From assembly GCA_023228045.1 (NCBI GenBank), contig JALOBY010000003.1, positions 1,294 to 65,293 of the forward strand: a stretch of 64,000 nucleotides of DNA. The letters run 5' to 3'. Shown here one piece after another: positions 45,240-55,464 of the stretch; position 1 is the first letter of the stretch, and the number at the start of each line of letters is the position of its first letter. The notes below the pieces were generated by a model. That model saw only the letters and a program-made list of their open reading frames with translations, was not told the origin of the DNA and ran no database searches. The DNA comes from Endomicrobiales bacterium. Its GTDB lineage: Bacteria; Elusimicrobiota; Endomicrobiia; Endomicrobiales; JALOBY01. The translations under genes were made by a program, and so were the position numbers.

Positions 45240-46442
45240 TTATGCATTTGTCAATACGCGAACAGCTTCACGAGCTATCATAAGCTCTTCATTAGTTGGA
45301 ATTACAAGAACTTTTACCTTCGATGTTGGTGCTGACACTTCCCTTTCTTTTTGTGATAATATATTGTTGGCGTTATTATCAAGTTCAATACCAAGATTGT
45401 GCATTTTTTCACAACACAAACTTCTGACTATTGGGTTATTTTCACCCACTCCGGCTGTAAACACAATAGCATCCGCAGAGTTTAAAACACCAAGATATGA
45501 GGATATGTATTTTTTAATTCTGTAGCAGTAAACATCTATTGCCATTTTTGCCCTTTCATTACCGCAATTGGCTCCCTTTAATATTGTTCTCATGTCATTG
45601 GTAAACCCAGTGAGACCGAGTAGACCACTTTTATTGTTAAGAATTGAATTTATTTCTTTAAGTGGTATTGACTCATTTTCAACCAGGTGTGTTACTATTG
45701 CAGGGTCAATGTCGCCACAGCGAGTGCCCATAACAACCCCTTCTAGCGGGGTAAAACCCATTGAAGTGTCAACTGATTTGCCGTTTTCAATAGCGCTAAT
45801 GCTGCATCCATTACCAAGGTGGCAGGTAATTATTTTTAGCTCATTTAAAGGTTTTTTAAGCATAATTGCAGCGCGTTGCGCTACATACTTATGAGATGTG
45901 CCATGAAAACCATATTTGCGAATTTTGTAATTTTTATAGTAGTCGTAAGGCAAGCCATACATGTATGCGCATTGAGGTATGCTTTGGTGAAATGCGGTGT
46001 CAAAAACAGCAACTTGAGAAACACCTGGTAAAACATTGCCACATGCAATAATGCCTTCAATGTTTTTAGGATTGTGTAATGGCGCAAGTGCTGAACACTT
46101 GTCTATATCGTCAATTACGGAGTTGTTTATTAAAATAGAATCTGAAAACTTTTCTCCCCCATGTACCACGCGGTGACCAATAACAGAAATTTCATCTTTA
46201 GATTTTATTAAGTTGTATTTTTTATCAAGCAATTTATCTAAAACAAGTTTTATTGCTTCATGGTGAGAGTTTGCTTTACAAGGTTCTTTGCAATCTTGCT
46301 CGTTTGCGAACTGGTGCTTAAATGTGGCCTCTTGCGTGCCAATGCACTCAATTATACCGTTTGCGAGTTGGAGTTCTTTTTCTACATCAAAGAGAGTGTA
46401 TTTTAATGAAGATGAGCCGGAGTTAATTACGAGTGCTTTCAA
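45240..46442 (-). CDS. ackA: acetate kinase
   Basis: 400 aa. It has MKALVINSGSSSLKYTLF.., ..GHRVVHGG.. and ..GFHGTSH.. Confidence 0.9.
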   Translation of the reverse strand: MKALVINSGSSSLKYTLFDVEKELQLANGIIECIGTQEATFKHQFANEQDCKEPCKANSHHEAIKLVLDKLLDKKYNLIKSKDEISVIGHRVVHGGEKFSDSILINNSVIDDIDKCSALAPLHNPKNIEGIIACGNVLPGVSQVAVFDTAFHQSIPQCAYMYGLPYDYYKNYKIRKYGFHGTSHKYVAQRAAIMLKKPLNELKIITCHLGNGCSISAIENGKSVDTSMGFTPLEGVVMGTRCGDIDPAIVTHLVENESIPLKEINSILNNKSGLLGLTGFTNDMRTILKGANCGNERAKMAIDVYCYRIKKYISSYLGVLNSADAIVFTAGVGENNPIVRSLCCEKMHNLGIELDNNANNILSQKEREVSAPTSKVKVLVIPTNEELMIAREAVRVLTNA

Positions 46443-46445
46443 TGT

Positions 46446-47054
46446 TTAATCCTCTTTCCATGCATCTTGCGAATAATGAAAAATTTCGTGATCCGCAAAA
46501 AAATGCTTAATTTCTATATCGGCTGAAGCAGTAGAATCTGATGCGTGAACTACATTCCTGCGATTATCCGTTCCATACTTTGCTCTTAAAGTTCCGGGTG
46601 CTGCATCTGCAGAGTTTGTTGCACCTATAAGTTGTCTTATTTTTGCAACGGCATTTTCACCTTCCCAAACAGAAACAATAATTGGAGCTTTAAGCATAAA
46701 AGAAATTAGTTTTTCAAAAAATGGCTTACCGATATGGATGCTGTAAAATTGTTCAATAACCTCTTTGCTTGGTTTTAGCATTTTAAGCGCAATCAATTTA
46801 AGGTTGTTGTTTTGCAAAGTGGCAAATATCTGCCCACAAATATTTTTACAAACACCGTCTGGCTTTACTATTAGGCAAGAGCGTTCAACCCGAATTTTGC
46901 AATAGGGTTCGGAATTCGTCAAAAGATTCGGGACATTTTTATCCGCAAAATCTTTGCCAATGGAATTACCATTAGCTGCAGTTTTTGCGTCAAAACTGCC
47001 TCCGTCTATTTCGCCTCTGTTCTCAAACCTATTGCAAAGTTCGGGTTCAAACAT
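46446..47054 (-). CDS. ndk: nucleoside diphosphate kinase carrying a 55-codon N-terminal leader encoded by repeat copy B
   Basis: The core [21 protein letters not shown].. is NDK. There is no ATG, GTG or TTG between the element and the KPD motif. The only usable in-frame start is ATG 47054, which overlaps the icd stop (ATGTTTGA). Confidence 0.8.
   Translation of the reverse strand: MFEPELCNRFENRGEIDGGSFDAKTAANGNSIGKDFADKNVPNLLTNSEPYCKIRVERSCLIVKPDGVCKNICGQIFATLQNNNLKLIALKMLKPSKEVIEQFYSIHIGKPFFEKLISFMLKAPIIVSVWEGENAVAKIRQLIGATNSADAAPGTLRAKYGTDNRRNVVHASDSTASADIEIKHFFADHEIFHYSQDAWKED
46887..47047. repeat. 161-bp element with 20-bp terminal inverted repeats, copy B
   Basis: The ends are aacccgaattttgcaatagg ... 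cctattgcaaagttcgggtt (19/20 complementary). It fills exactly the space between the icd stop codon and codon 2 of the NDK core. Confidence 0.8.
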
Positions 47055-48117
47055 TCATATTTCTCTTTACGTTTTCAATTAAGGCATTCCCAAACTCTTT
47101 TGTTCCAGCTGAACCACCAATATCGTAAGTTAATGTTTTGCCTTCTTTAATTATAGCAGCAACGGCATTTTCAACACTTATTGCGGCAATATCCTCGCCG
47201 AGGTGTTTAAGCATTAATGCCGCGGAAAGTATTAACGCCGTGGGGTTTACTTTGTTTAAACCTTTATATTTTGGTGCAGATCCATGAACTGCTTCAAAAA
47301 CCGCACAATCAGTGCCAAAATTAGCCCCGGGGGCAAGCCCCAGCCCACCTATTAACCCGGCGCAAAGGTCCGAAGCGATGTCACCATAAAGATTTGGAAG
47401 TAAAAGCATGTCATATAGTTGTGGCTTTTGAACTAACTGCATACACATATTGTCAATTAACCTTTCTTCATATTCAACTTTCCCTTCATATTCTTTTGCA
47501 ACTTTGCGCGCAGTTTCAAGAAATAGCCCGTCTGTAAACTTCATGATATTTGCTTTTGTTACGGCGGTTACTTTTTTGCGATTGTTTTTTATGGCGTAGT
47601 CAAACGCAAAGCGTGCTATTCTTTCTGAGCCAAATACAGAAATTGGTTTAATTGATATTGCGGAGTGTTCGCGTATTTTTTTAGGGTCTAATGCTGTTAT
47701 TTGTTTTGCTTCTTTGCTATCTGCAGGAAACTCTACGCCGGCGTAAAGATCTTCAGTATTTTCTCTAACGATTACGAGATTGATATTTTCAAAACTGGTT
47801 TTTAAACCTTTAAATGTTTTGCATGGGCGAAGGCAACAATAAAGGTCTAACTCCTTTCTAATAGCCACATTAACAGAGCGGAAACCAGTACCAATAGGTG
47901 TTGTAATTGGCCCTTTTAAGCCAACTTTGTTTTTGCGAATTGAGTTTAGTGTTGATTCTGGCAATGGTGTGCCGTATTTACCCATAACATCGGCGCCTGC
48001 TTCAACTACTTCCCAGTTGATTTTTATACCTGTGGCCTCAACAACTTTTATTGTAATATTTGAAATTTCTGGGCCGATTCCATCTCCCGGAATTAACGAC
48101 ACATTGTAATTTTTCAT
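47047..48117 (-). CDS. icd: isocitrate dehydrogenase (isocitrate/isopropylmalate dehydrogenase family, NAD-IDH-like)
   Basis: It has [18 protein letters not shown].., ..[10 protein letters not shown].. and ..[17 protein letters not shown].. The track start TTG 48174 is itself the -35 hexamer of a promoter. ATG 48117 has GGAG upstream. Confidence 0.75.
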   Translation of the reverse strand: MKNYNVSLIPGDGIGPEISNITIKVVEATGIKINWEVVEAGADVMGKYGTPLPESTLNSIRKNKVGLKGPITTPIGTGFRSVNVAIRKELDLYCCLRPCKTFKGLKTSFENINLVIVRENTEDLYAGVEFPADSKEAKQITALDPKKIREHSAISIKPISVFGSERIARFAFDYAIKNNRKKVTAVTKANIMKFTDGLFLETARKVAKEYEGKVEYEERLIDNMCMQLVQKPQLYDMLLLPNLYGDIASDLCAGLIGGLGLAPGANFGTDCAVFEAVHGSAPKYKGLNKVNPTALILSAALMLKHLGEDIAAISVENAVAAIIKEGKTLTYDIGGSAGTKEFGNALIENVKRNMNV

Positions 48118-48145
48118 TTTTTGCTCCAATATTTTTTTGAAACTG

Positions 48146-48174
48146 ATTTTATACGAAAGTGCATTTTTTGTCAA
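48146..48174 (-). promoter_or_regulatory. sigma70-type promoter upstream of icd
   Basis: The minus strand reads TTGACA (48174..48169), 17 nt, then TAAAAT (48151..48146). Confidence 0.55.
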
Positions 48175-48212
48175 CCAACGAATTGCCGCGAGAAAAGTAG
48201 CAACTATCCTTG

Positions 48213-48262
48213 AACCCGAATTTTCTTTTCGTCATTTACTATTAATATTTTTATTTGCGTCA
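48213..48262. repeat. possible degenerate, internally deleted copy D of the 161-bp element
   Basis: aacccgaatttt is identical to the end of copy B. It is followed by short colinear matches (ttcgtca, atttttat, tttgcgtcaa). The second inverted repeat is absent. Confidence 0.3.
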
Positions 48263-48275
48263 ATTTTAAACCTTT

Positions 48276-49427
48276 TTATAGAGTACTGGTAAGTCCTTTG
48301 TATAATTGTTCTTGTTGGATAACCATATAATCAATATCAAATTCTTTTGTCATTTTATTTCTTGCGCTTTGTCCAAACCTTAAAGCAACTTCAGCGTTAT
48401 TTAGAAGATAAAGTATTTTTTCAGCCATTGTGCTTACATCACGCGGAGTAATTTGGAAACCGGTTTCGCCTTCATATACTATTTCACGCACTCCATCAAC
48501 AGCATTTGCAACAACAGGTTTTGAAGAACACATTGCTTCTAAAATTGTCCTTGGCAACCCTTCCCATAATGATGTCATAACAAAAATATTGGTCATTGCA
48601 AGAATATCAGGTATGTCTTTTCTCCAACCAAGCAGTAACACTTTGTTTTCTAAAGCGAGGGCTTTTATTTCCATTTCTAACTCGCACCGCCCTTTACCAT
48701 CACCAACAACTAAAAAAATACAGTTTGCGTTTTTCCATAAAACCTCGGAAGCAACTCTAATGTAATCAAGCAGATTTTTTTGCGGTTTAAACGGCCCGAT
48801 GGTTGTAATAACACTTTTATTGGCAGGTATGTTTAAAGATTTCTTTAATGCTTCAACATCGGCTTTATTTTCAAAATACCTGCTTGTTTTAATACCGCAT
48901 CTGATTAACACATATTTATCTTTTTTGCCTATATGTTTTGCAATAGCTGTTGATATATTGTCATTTGATACCGCAATAAACTTATCAGTTATTGGCGCTA
49001 TGAGTTTTTCCGACATTAGAAATATGGTTTTTTTGAGTTTCCCTTCGTAATCGTTAAAACCAAAACCGTGGAATGTATGAATTGTTACGGGCACGCAGGC
49101 CAGCTTTGCCGCAATTCTACCTAAAATACCCGCCTTTGATGAATTCGTATGCACAACTTCTGGTTTGATAAATTTCAATAACCTCCAAAGTTTATAAGTG
49201 CAAATTATGTCGTTAAGTGGCGAAATTTGACGCACAAGTTCTTTTACAAAATAATTCTTAATGTCGGGGATTTGCTTTGCTGTTTCATCAAGAATTCCAC
49301 CAATGCCGCTAATTAAAGAAACCTCAAATATATCTTTATTTAATTTACTAACGGTATGCAGTGTTGCCAGCTGCGCACCGCCAAGTTCAAGCTGGGTAAT
49401 TATATGGCAAACTTTTATTTTACGCAT
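48276..49427 (-). CDS. glycosyltransferase family 4
   Basis: 383 aa. It has MRKIKVCHIITQLELGGAQ.. and ..SLWEGLPRTILEAMCSSKPVVANAVDGVREIV.. Confidence 0.78.
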   Translation of the reverse strand: MRKIKVCHIITQLELGGAQLATLHTVSKLNKDIFEVSLISGIGGILDETAKQIPDIKNYFVKELVRQISPLNDIICTYKLWRLLKFIKPEVVHTNSSKAGILGRIAAKLACVPVTIHTFHGFGFNDYEGKLKKTIFLMSEKLIAPITDKFIAVSNDNISTAIAKHIGKKDKYVLIRCGIKTSRYFENKADVEALKKSLNIPANKSVITTIGPFKPQKNLLDYIRVASEVLWKNANCIFLVVGDGKGRCELEMEIKALALENKVLLLGWRKDIPDILAMTNIFVMTSLWEGLPRTILEAMCSSKPVVANAVDGVREIVYEGETGFQITPRDVSTMAEKILYLLNNAEVALRFGQSARNKMTKEFDIDYMVIQQEQLYKGLTSTL

Positions 49428-50726
49428 TTACTCTAAACTCTCCATAAGCGCTTTTGCATCGCTAATAGATTCTTCAACAAAAGAGTACTTCCAAGCGCCA
49501 TATCTGCCAATTGAATAAACACCATTTTTATTAAGCAGTTCATTGATTTTTTTCAAAAGCACCGGCCTTTGCCAATCATAAGTTACATAAGCATACGGCA
49601 TATCAAGAAAATTTAGCGTTTCAATTTTATCTGATACCATTGTTATACCAGCATCAATTAGACCAGCAATAATTTCTTTTAAGATTTTTGGTTTATTAAC
49701 TTTAGTTTTTGGTTTACGGCTCAACTCTACATAAATAGCAGCACACCCATCGGGAGCGCAATTCTTTGTAACATTTGAATAAACACCAACCCTGTAAAAT
49801 GGATATTTGTTTTCAGGAAAGTAAACCCAGTGCTGAGCATTAGCAAAGGGTTTGTTAGGCTTGTTTCTTTTGATACCAATATTTACGCACATTACGGAAT
49901 TCCATTTTAATTTACCAGATAAATCTTTTGCTTTTCGCTCATAGTTGCCTTTTATTGACTTTAAAAGTTCGGGTAGCGGCTGTGTTGATATAAGATATTT
50001 ATATGAATGAACTTTACCATTTGAGTCCGTTATGGTTTTAGCTTTTAAATCAACTGTTTTTACACTTATACCAGTAGCGATATTTTCAAGTTTTTTTGAG
50101 AAACAATCTATTAAATACTGGCATCCACCTTTTTTGGGGTAGTTAAAGTGAACATTGTAGCCAAAGTCTTTGTTTCTGGGAGTTGATGCGCTTTGAATAA
50201 TTTCGTCTTTGCTTGGGTTTGGAACAAATGGAGCCACCCACTGTGTTGAAAGCTTATTAGCTTTAATTGTCCAAAGTTTTTCATTGTATGGCTGCATAAA
50301 ATACTTCGTTATACCGCGACCGAATGTTGCAACAGACCAGCTTAATAAATCAGGAAACTCTTTTGTTTTTTTAAGTGATGGTTTGCGTAGGAACTCTTTT
50401 ACACATTCATCTTTGATGTTTTGCGGCAAATAGTATAGGTTTGCCTGAAAAGGAAATGGTACCCATGATTTATGCGTGTAGATTGCCGAATTTCTCTTAA
50501 TTTGCACAAAGTTACTACCAAGCATACTTGAAAGCAAATTTTTTACATAAAGGTTTCTTAAATGAATAAAATGACCTGAGTAGTCAAAAGTAAAACCATC
50601 AACTTCAACAGAACGGCAAAGCCCACCTAATGTAGCTTCGCGCTCAAAGAGTTTGTAAGAAAGTTTTGAAAACTTGGCGCAGGCAAGGCCTGTAATTCCG
50701 CCACCAATTATTAAAACATCACTCAT
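49428..50726 (-). CDS. FAD-dependent oxidoreductase (amine oxidase / UDP-galactopyranose mutase superfamily)
   Basis: 432 aa. It has MSDVLIIGGGITGLACA..E....GG (dinucleotide fold) and a C-terminal ..GRYGAWKY.. Confidence 0.6.
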   Translation of the reverse strand: MSDVLIIGGGITGLACAKFSKLSYKLFEREATLGGLCRSVEVDGFTFDYSGHFIHLRNLYVKNLLSSMLGSNFVQIKRNSAIYTHKSWVPFPFQANLYYLPQNIKDECVKEFLRKPSLKKTKEFPDLLSWSVATFGRGITKYFMQPYNEKLWTIKANKLSTQWVAPFVPNPSKDEIIQSASTPRNKDFGYNVHFNYPKKGGCQYLIDCFSKKLENIATGISVKTVDLKAKTITDSNGKVHSYKYLISTQPLPELLKSIKGNYERKAKDLSGKLKWNSVMCVNIGIKRNKPNKPFANAQHWVYFPENKYPFYRVGVYSNVTKNCAPDGCAAIYVELSRKPKTKVNKPKILKEIIAGLIDAGITMVSDKIETLNFLDMPYAYVTYDWQRPVLLKKINELLNKNGVYSIGRYGAWKYSFVEESISDAKALMESLE

Positions 50727-51769
50727 TCAATTTTTACCTTGTTTATCCGGTTAGTAATTAAAAAAATAATAAAAGCTAAAACACAAAGCAACATAATTGC
50801 ATTGCTTATGTTAGAGCGGGTTATCAGATATGCCCCAATTGAAACAACAATCGCCATAATATATGTTAAAAATATGATAGTTCTTCTCAAGAATCCCATT
50901 TTTTCTAAACGTAAAGCAAAGTGGTCTTTACTGCCAAGAAATGGCGACTTCCCCTTTTGCCAGCGGATCAAAGAAACTAAAATTGTGTCATAAATTGGGA
51001 TAATCAAAATTAGTAAAGGTGCAATTAAGGCCAAATCATTTAATTTTGTATAAGATGTGCCCATTGCTATTGCAGCCAAAATAAAACCGGATGTTAAGCT
51101 ACCAGTATCACCCATAAATATCTTAAATTTGTTTGAAAAATTATAGGGTATAAAACCAAGTGTGCCGCCTGCAAGAGCCGCGGCGCAGAAGTTTACATAT
51201 ATTGCCTCGCCGCGCATAGAAATAAGCAAAAATGCCATACTTGCAATAAAAACAACTCCGCTTGATAGGCCGTCCATAATGTCAATTATATTTAAGGCAT
51301 TTGTTATAGCTACAACCCAAAATATCGTAAATGCCGCTGCAATTATATATGGCGAAACAAAGTGTATGCGTATATCAAAAAACAAAAGCGCTATGGCGGC
51401 CGTAATCTGAAAAACAAATTTCCACTTAAAACCAATCCCCTTTGGCACAATATCGTCAATTAGGCCAAGAATGAGCACAATGAGAGACCCTGTAATGATA
51501 CCACGCAGGTTTACTAGTGTACCATTAGGAAAATGTGTAAACAACCTCACTACGAACAGTGCAATTACCCATCCAGACCATATTGCAAGGCCGCCAAGGT
51601 AAGGCGTTGGTTTTTTGTGTGTTTTTATCTGTGAGTGTGGGCAATCTAAAATGTTTAATTTTATTGCCACTAAGCGAAATATTGGGGTTAGTATAGAGGA
51701 ACTGACAAGAGCTATAATGAAGGTTACAAAATATATCAAAAACGGATATGAATTTATGAAATCCTTCAT
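50723..51769 (-). CDS. polyprenyl-phosphate HexNAc-1-phosphate transferase (MraY/WecA family)
   Basis: 348 aa and polytopic. It has ..LIDDIV.., ..NALNIIDIMDGL.. and ..FMGDTGS.. Confidence 0.8.
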   Translation of the reverse strand: MKDFINSYPFLIYFVTFIIALVSSSILTPIFRLVAIKLNILDCPHSQIKTHKKPTPYLGGLAIWSGWVIALFVVRLFTHFPNGTLVNLRGIITGSLIVLILGLIDDIVPKGIGFKWKFVFQITAAIALLFFDIRIHFVSPYIIAAAFTIFWVVAITNALNIIDIMDGLSSGVVFIASMAFLLISMRGEAIYVNFCAAALAGGTLGFIPYNFSNKFKIFMGDTGSLTSGFILAAIAMGTSYTKLNDLALIAPLLILIIPIYDTILVSLIRWQKGKSPFLGSKDHFALRLEKMGFLRRTIIFLTYIMAIVVSIGAYLITRSNISNAIMLLCVLAFIIFLITNRINKVKIE

Positions 51770-52899
51770 TTATTTACCCTAATAGCATCAATGATATTTT
51801 TACAAATGTAATTAATTTTATCTTCCGAGAGCTCGGGGTATATTGGCAACGACAACACGGTGTCACAAACTGCTTCTGCCTGCGGATAATCACCTTTTTT
51901 GTACCCAAGGTTTGCATACACTCTTTGCATGTGCAATGCAAGCGGATAATAAATCTGGTTAGCAACGCCATTTTTTGTAAGATAATTTTGAACTTTATCC
52001 CTTTGTTCTTTTGAGCTAAAACGAATTGTGTAATAGTTAAATGAATGAGTTATGCCTTCTTTACTAACAGATGGCACAATTACGAAATTGCTTAATTTTG
52101 TTGCATAAAGTTTTGCGCATTCATTGCGTTTGGCTGTCCACTGATTTATATATTTCATTTTAACACGAAGTATTGCGGCCTGCACCGTGTCTAAGCGAGA
52201 GTTAAAACCGTCTATATCATGAAAATAACGAACCTTGCTGCCGTGATTTCTAAGCATCGTTAGTTTTTCTTTAACCGAACCATTGTTTGTTGCTACCATT
52301 CCCCCATCACCAAAACAGCCCATATTCTTTGCCGGGAAAAAACTAAAACAACCCGCATCGCCCATTGAACCTACAGGCTGAAACTTTTGCCCATTATATT
52401 GGCACGATGCACTAAATGCCTGAGCGCAATCTTCAACAACTTTCAAATTATATTTTTTGGCAATTTCCATTATTTTATCCATCTGTGCCGGCATACCGTA
52501 AAGATGTACCAGAAGGATAGCTTTTGTGCGCGGTGTTATAGACCCTTCAATTTTGCTGGCATCAATATTGTATGTTTTAGGGTCTATATCTACAAAAACT
52601 GGCTTTGCGCCGCAATGAATTATAGCCTCTGTTGTTGCAATAAATGTAAATGGGGTTGTTATTACCTCATCACCTATTTTAACATTACATGCAAGCAACG
52701 CAAGCAACAAGGCATCTGTTCCATTTGCCACGCCAACAGCATATTTCGTTTTGCTATAAGCGGCGAACTCTTGCTCAAAAGAAGTTACAGCGCTACCAAG
52801 GATAAAATCGGTTTTCTCAAATACAGCCATAACGGCGCAATCAATTTCTTCTTTTATAGAGTGATAATTTTCAACCAAGTCAGTTAGAGGAATGTTCAT
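51766..52899 (-). CDS. DegT/DnrJ/EryC1/StrS family sugar aminotransferase
   Basis: 377 aa. It has ..FEQEFAAYSKTKYAVGVANGTDAL.. and ..SFFPAKNMGCFGDGG.. (PLP Lys). Confidence 0.82.
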   Translation of the reverse strand: MNIPLTDLVENYHSIKEEIDCAVMAVFEKTDFILGSAVTSFEQEFAAYSKTKYAVGVANGTDALLLALLACNVKIGDEVITTPFTFIATTEAIIHCGAKPVFVDIDPKTYNIDASKIEGSITPRTKAILLVHLYGMPAQMDKIMEIAKKYNLKVVEDCAQAFSASCQYNGQKFQPVGSMGDAGCFSFFPAKNMGCFGDGGMVATNNGSVKEKLTMLRNHGSKVRYFHDIDGFNSRLDTVQAAILRVKMKYINQWTAKRNECAKLYATKLSNFVIVPSVSKEGITHSFNYYTIRFSSKEQRDKVQNYLTKNGVANQIYYPLALHMQRVYANLGYKKGDYPQAEAVCDTVLSLPIYPELSEDKINYICKNIIDAIRVNK

Positions 52900-53071
52900 A
52901 GTTTAATTTCCGAGTTTTAATTTTGTCTTAAGAACCCCGCATAAAAGTGGATAAATAACTGACAAAAACACTAAAAAATGCGCCAATAAATATATTTTCA
53001 GAGATGATAACATAAATAGAGGCAAAAATTCCAACCGCCAACACTATTAAATATAATCCAACTTCAGGTAT

Positions 53072-54208
53072 CTATTTATATATACCTAATAGTCTTTTTT
53101 TCATGATTTCCCAACTATATTTTTTATCATATAATAATCTCCCATTTTTCCCCATTTCAATACATTTACCAGGATTATTTTTTAAATACTGCACTGCTGC
53201 AAAGAAGGATTTTGCATCATAATCTATTACTATACCAATGTTTTCTTCTTCAACAACTTTATCAATACCAATTCCCCTGGAAACTATTATAGGTTTTTTA
53301 AAAGCCATTGCTTCATAAAACTTATTCGGAGCAGAATACTTATGATTAATAATTTCAGGATCGTATGTCGCGAAAAGAACATCAGCTTTGGCTTCAAGAA
53401 GCAATGCGCTGTTATAATCCATTTCTCCATAAAAAACAATATTGTTATGTTTTTTTGACAATTCTTTAAAGTATTCACTAAGTTTGCCATAGCCGCCAAT
53501 ATGCAACTCAATATCAGGATTAACTGAAATTAAATTTCCAATCTCCGATAACAATCTGCCATTTTGCAATAATCCAACATAAACAATTCTAAATCGATTA
53601 TTCTGTTTATTCAATGAAATTGAATCATTAGCAAAGTTGATTTCTGGCGTGTTATGAATAACAATTATATTCTTAGGTTTTGTTTTACTCATCTGCTCAT
53701 ATCTGTTTTCATTACAAATAATCACGGTATCAGCGTTATTTATGATCCCTATTTCTAAATTTTCTATAAATCTCTTAAGAAATTTTGGGACGGGCCGTGA
53801 ATGTATATAATAATCATAAATATCATATATTAATTTCTTTTTAAATATTTTTGAAATAAGAAATGACGGTAATGCTGTTTCAAAATCACAACAATGGATT
53901 ATGTCAAACGAATTTAAGTTTTTTAACATTCTAATTAGCAACCACAATTGGAAAAGGATGAGTTTACCTAACGACTTGTATCCATCCCCATAATTACTTC
54001 TTATTTTGAAATAAGCTATTTTGAAATTATTTTTTTCAGACAACGAACTAAGTTTGCTTGTACCAAAACCATCTCTATCCCAACCTAAAACAAGTAATTT
54101 GCAATTATATTCTATTAGAGTATTAATTTCTTTTGTAGCTCTTGAGTCATTGAATATAGAAGTTGACCTCAAATAAACCACTCTAAGTTTATCGTTTGTT
54201 AACAACAT
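53072..54208 (-). CDS. glycosyltransferase (GT4-like GT-B)
   Basis: 378 aa. It has a C-terminal ..FYEAMAFKKPIIVSRGIGIDKVVEEE.. motif. It is very AT-rich; one 60-nt line I counted was about 28% GC. Confidence 0.65.
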   Translation of the reverse strand: MLLTNDKLRVVYLRSTSIFNDSRATKEINTLIEYNCKLLVLGWDRDGFGTSKLSSLSEKNNFKIAYFKIRSNYGDGYKSLGKLILFQLWLLIRMLKNLNSFDIIHCCDFETALPSFLISKIFKKKLIYDIYDYYIHSRPVPKFLKRFIENLEIGIINNADTVIICNENRYEQMSKTKPKNIIVIHNTPEINFANDSISLNKQNNRFRIVYVGLLQNGRLLSEIGNLISVNPDIELHIGGYGKLSEYFKELSKKHNNIVFYGEMDYNSALLLEAKADVLFATYDPEIINHKYSAPNKFYEAMAFKKPIIVSRGIGIDKVVEEENIGIVIDYDAKSFFAAVQYLKNNPGKCIEMGKNGRLLYDKKYSWEIMKKRLLGIYK

Positions 54209-54228
54209 ATAAAACTACTCCTGAGTTT

Positions 54229-55341
54229 TTAGTTACTTGCATTTGTAGTGATTAAACCTTTATAAATTTTTAAATAATTATTTGCCATTATAATATCAGA
54301 ATATTTTTCCATAACAACCAATTTTGCATTTTCCCCAAGAACTTGCCTAAGCGTTTTATCAAGGGCTAATATGCTCATAGCTGCAGAAATACTTTGTATA
54401 TTTGGTTGCACAATTAAACCAGATACATTGTTTATTACCATTTCAGGAACATCACCAACAGCCGTTGTAACAACCGCTTTACCATGCGCCATTGCCTCTA
54501 AAAGCGCATAGGGGCTTGCTTCATCATACGAAGGTAAAACAAAAATATCGGATATATTATAAACAAGTGAGACATCATTGGTATCGCCAATAAATATCAC
54601 ATTTTTTTCAATGTTAAGAGTTTTTACCAAATCTTCGCACTTTCGCTTTAGTTTCCCATCACCTGCAATAATTAATTTTACACTAATTGGTATTCGGCAA
54701 ATTTCTCCAAAAGCATTAATCAGGTTTATTATCCCTTTCTCAGGTGATAAGCGGCCAACAAATGAAAAAAGTACCTCATCTTTGATACCAAAATTCCGTC
54801 TTGTATTAGCCTTTTGAACATCGGAAAACTCTTTTACATCATCAAATGATACACCGTTACTTACTATTGTAATTCTGGCTTGGTTTACTTTATGATTTAT
54901 CAAAATCTTTTTAACCTTTCTTGATGTAGCAGCAACATGGTCAAAAAAATGCAATACAAATTTATCTAACAACTCGAAAAAATTGAATTTTTCTATCCAA
55001 TTGTGGCATGTAGCAAGTATTTTAACACCTGTTTTTTGTTTTAGGATCAATGCATATAAATCAGGTTTTATTCCGTTTGCATGAACAATTTGATAGTTTT
55101 CTTCTTTTATAACTCGGTTGAGTGATGCAATAACACTTTTATCATACATTGACTTGCAGGCAAAGACATAGTTTTTTATACCCATACTTGTTAGAGTGCT
55201 GTTAAACTCATTGTTAACTTCTCTGAAAATATTTACAACTGCGCAGTTGTGCCCAAGTGCGATAAGGCGTTTTGAAAGTGTTAACACAAAACGTTCACTA
55301 CCATAAATTTTTTTTGCGCTAAGAAGCAATAGAATATTCAT
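54229..55341 (-). CDS. glycosyltransferase family 4
   Basis: 370 aa. It has ..GRLSPEKG.. and ..PSYDEASPYALLEAMAHGKAVVTTAVGDVPEMV.. Confidence 0.78.
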   Translation of the reverse strand: MNILLLLSAKKIYGSERFVLTLSKRLIALGHNCAVVNIFREVNNEFNSTLTSMGIKNYVFACKSMYDKSVIASLNRVIKEENYQIVHANGIKPDLYALILKQKTGVKILATCHNWIEKFNFFELLDKFVLHFFDHVAATSRKVKKILINHKVNQARITIVSNGVSFDDVKEFSDVQKANTRRNFGIKDEVLFSFVGRLSPEKGIINLINAFGEICRIPISVKLIIAGDGKLKRKCEDLVKTLNIEKNVIFIGDTNDVSLVYNISDIFVLPSYDEASPYALLEAMAHGKAVVTTAVGDVPEMVINNVSGLIVQPNIQSISAAMSILALDKTLRQVLGENAKLVVMEKYSDIIMANNYLKIYKGLITTNASN

Positions 55342-55464
55342 TAATTGATGTATGCCTTAAACATTAAAATTGAGTATAATAACTTGTCGTGGTTTTCTTT
55401 TCCGTTAAGCGATTTATACCAACTCTAGTAATATTGCACATGGATTATTCCCAGAAGATTTAAC

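Noticed and set aside
44929-45525. A 198-aa plus-strand ORF. Similar long antisense ORFs occur at 41080-41511, 52387-52887, 24545-25003, 18471-18890, 19629-20033, 5910-6278 and 34407-34724.
   Set aside because: Each lies antisense to, or overlaps, a CDS with strong family motifs (yceD/ackA, fabG, DegT, hypD, pseB, GT4, rSAM, AMMECR1). Their translations are low-complexity or motif-free, so they are most likely shadow ORFs.
47047-48174. ORF-track N-terminal extensions, several starting at TTG: icd 48174, hypF 28952, hypE 24389, PrsA-like 31297, gmhA 11392, SDR 23250 and methyltransferase 7304.
   Set aside because: The extensions lack family homology and overlap upstream genes, repeats or a promoter hexamer. 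Internal ATGs with a Shine-Dalgarno-like sequence or ATGA/TAATG coupling give canonical protein N-termini.
52928-53044. A possible 38-aa hydrophobic small ORF on the minus strand (GTG start; ..LAVGIFASIYVIISENIFIGAFFSVFVSYLSTF..) in the gap between a GT and DegT.
   Set aside because: It has only a non-ATG start with a weak ribosome-binding site, it is short, and I recognised no family. An AT-rich sequence easily yields hydrophobic peptides. It is worth a ribosome-profiling check but is not supported as a feature.
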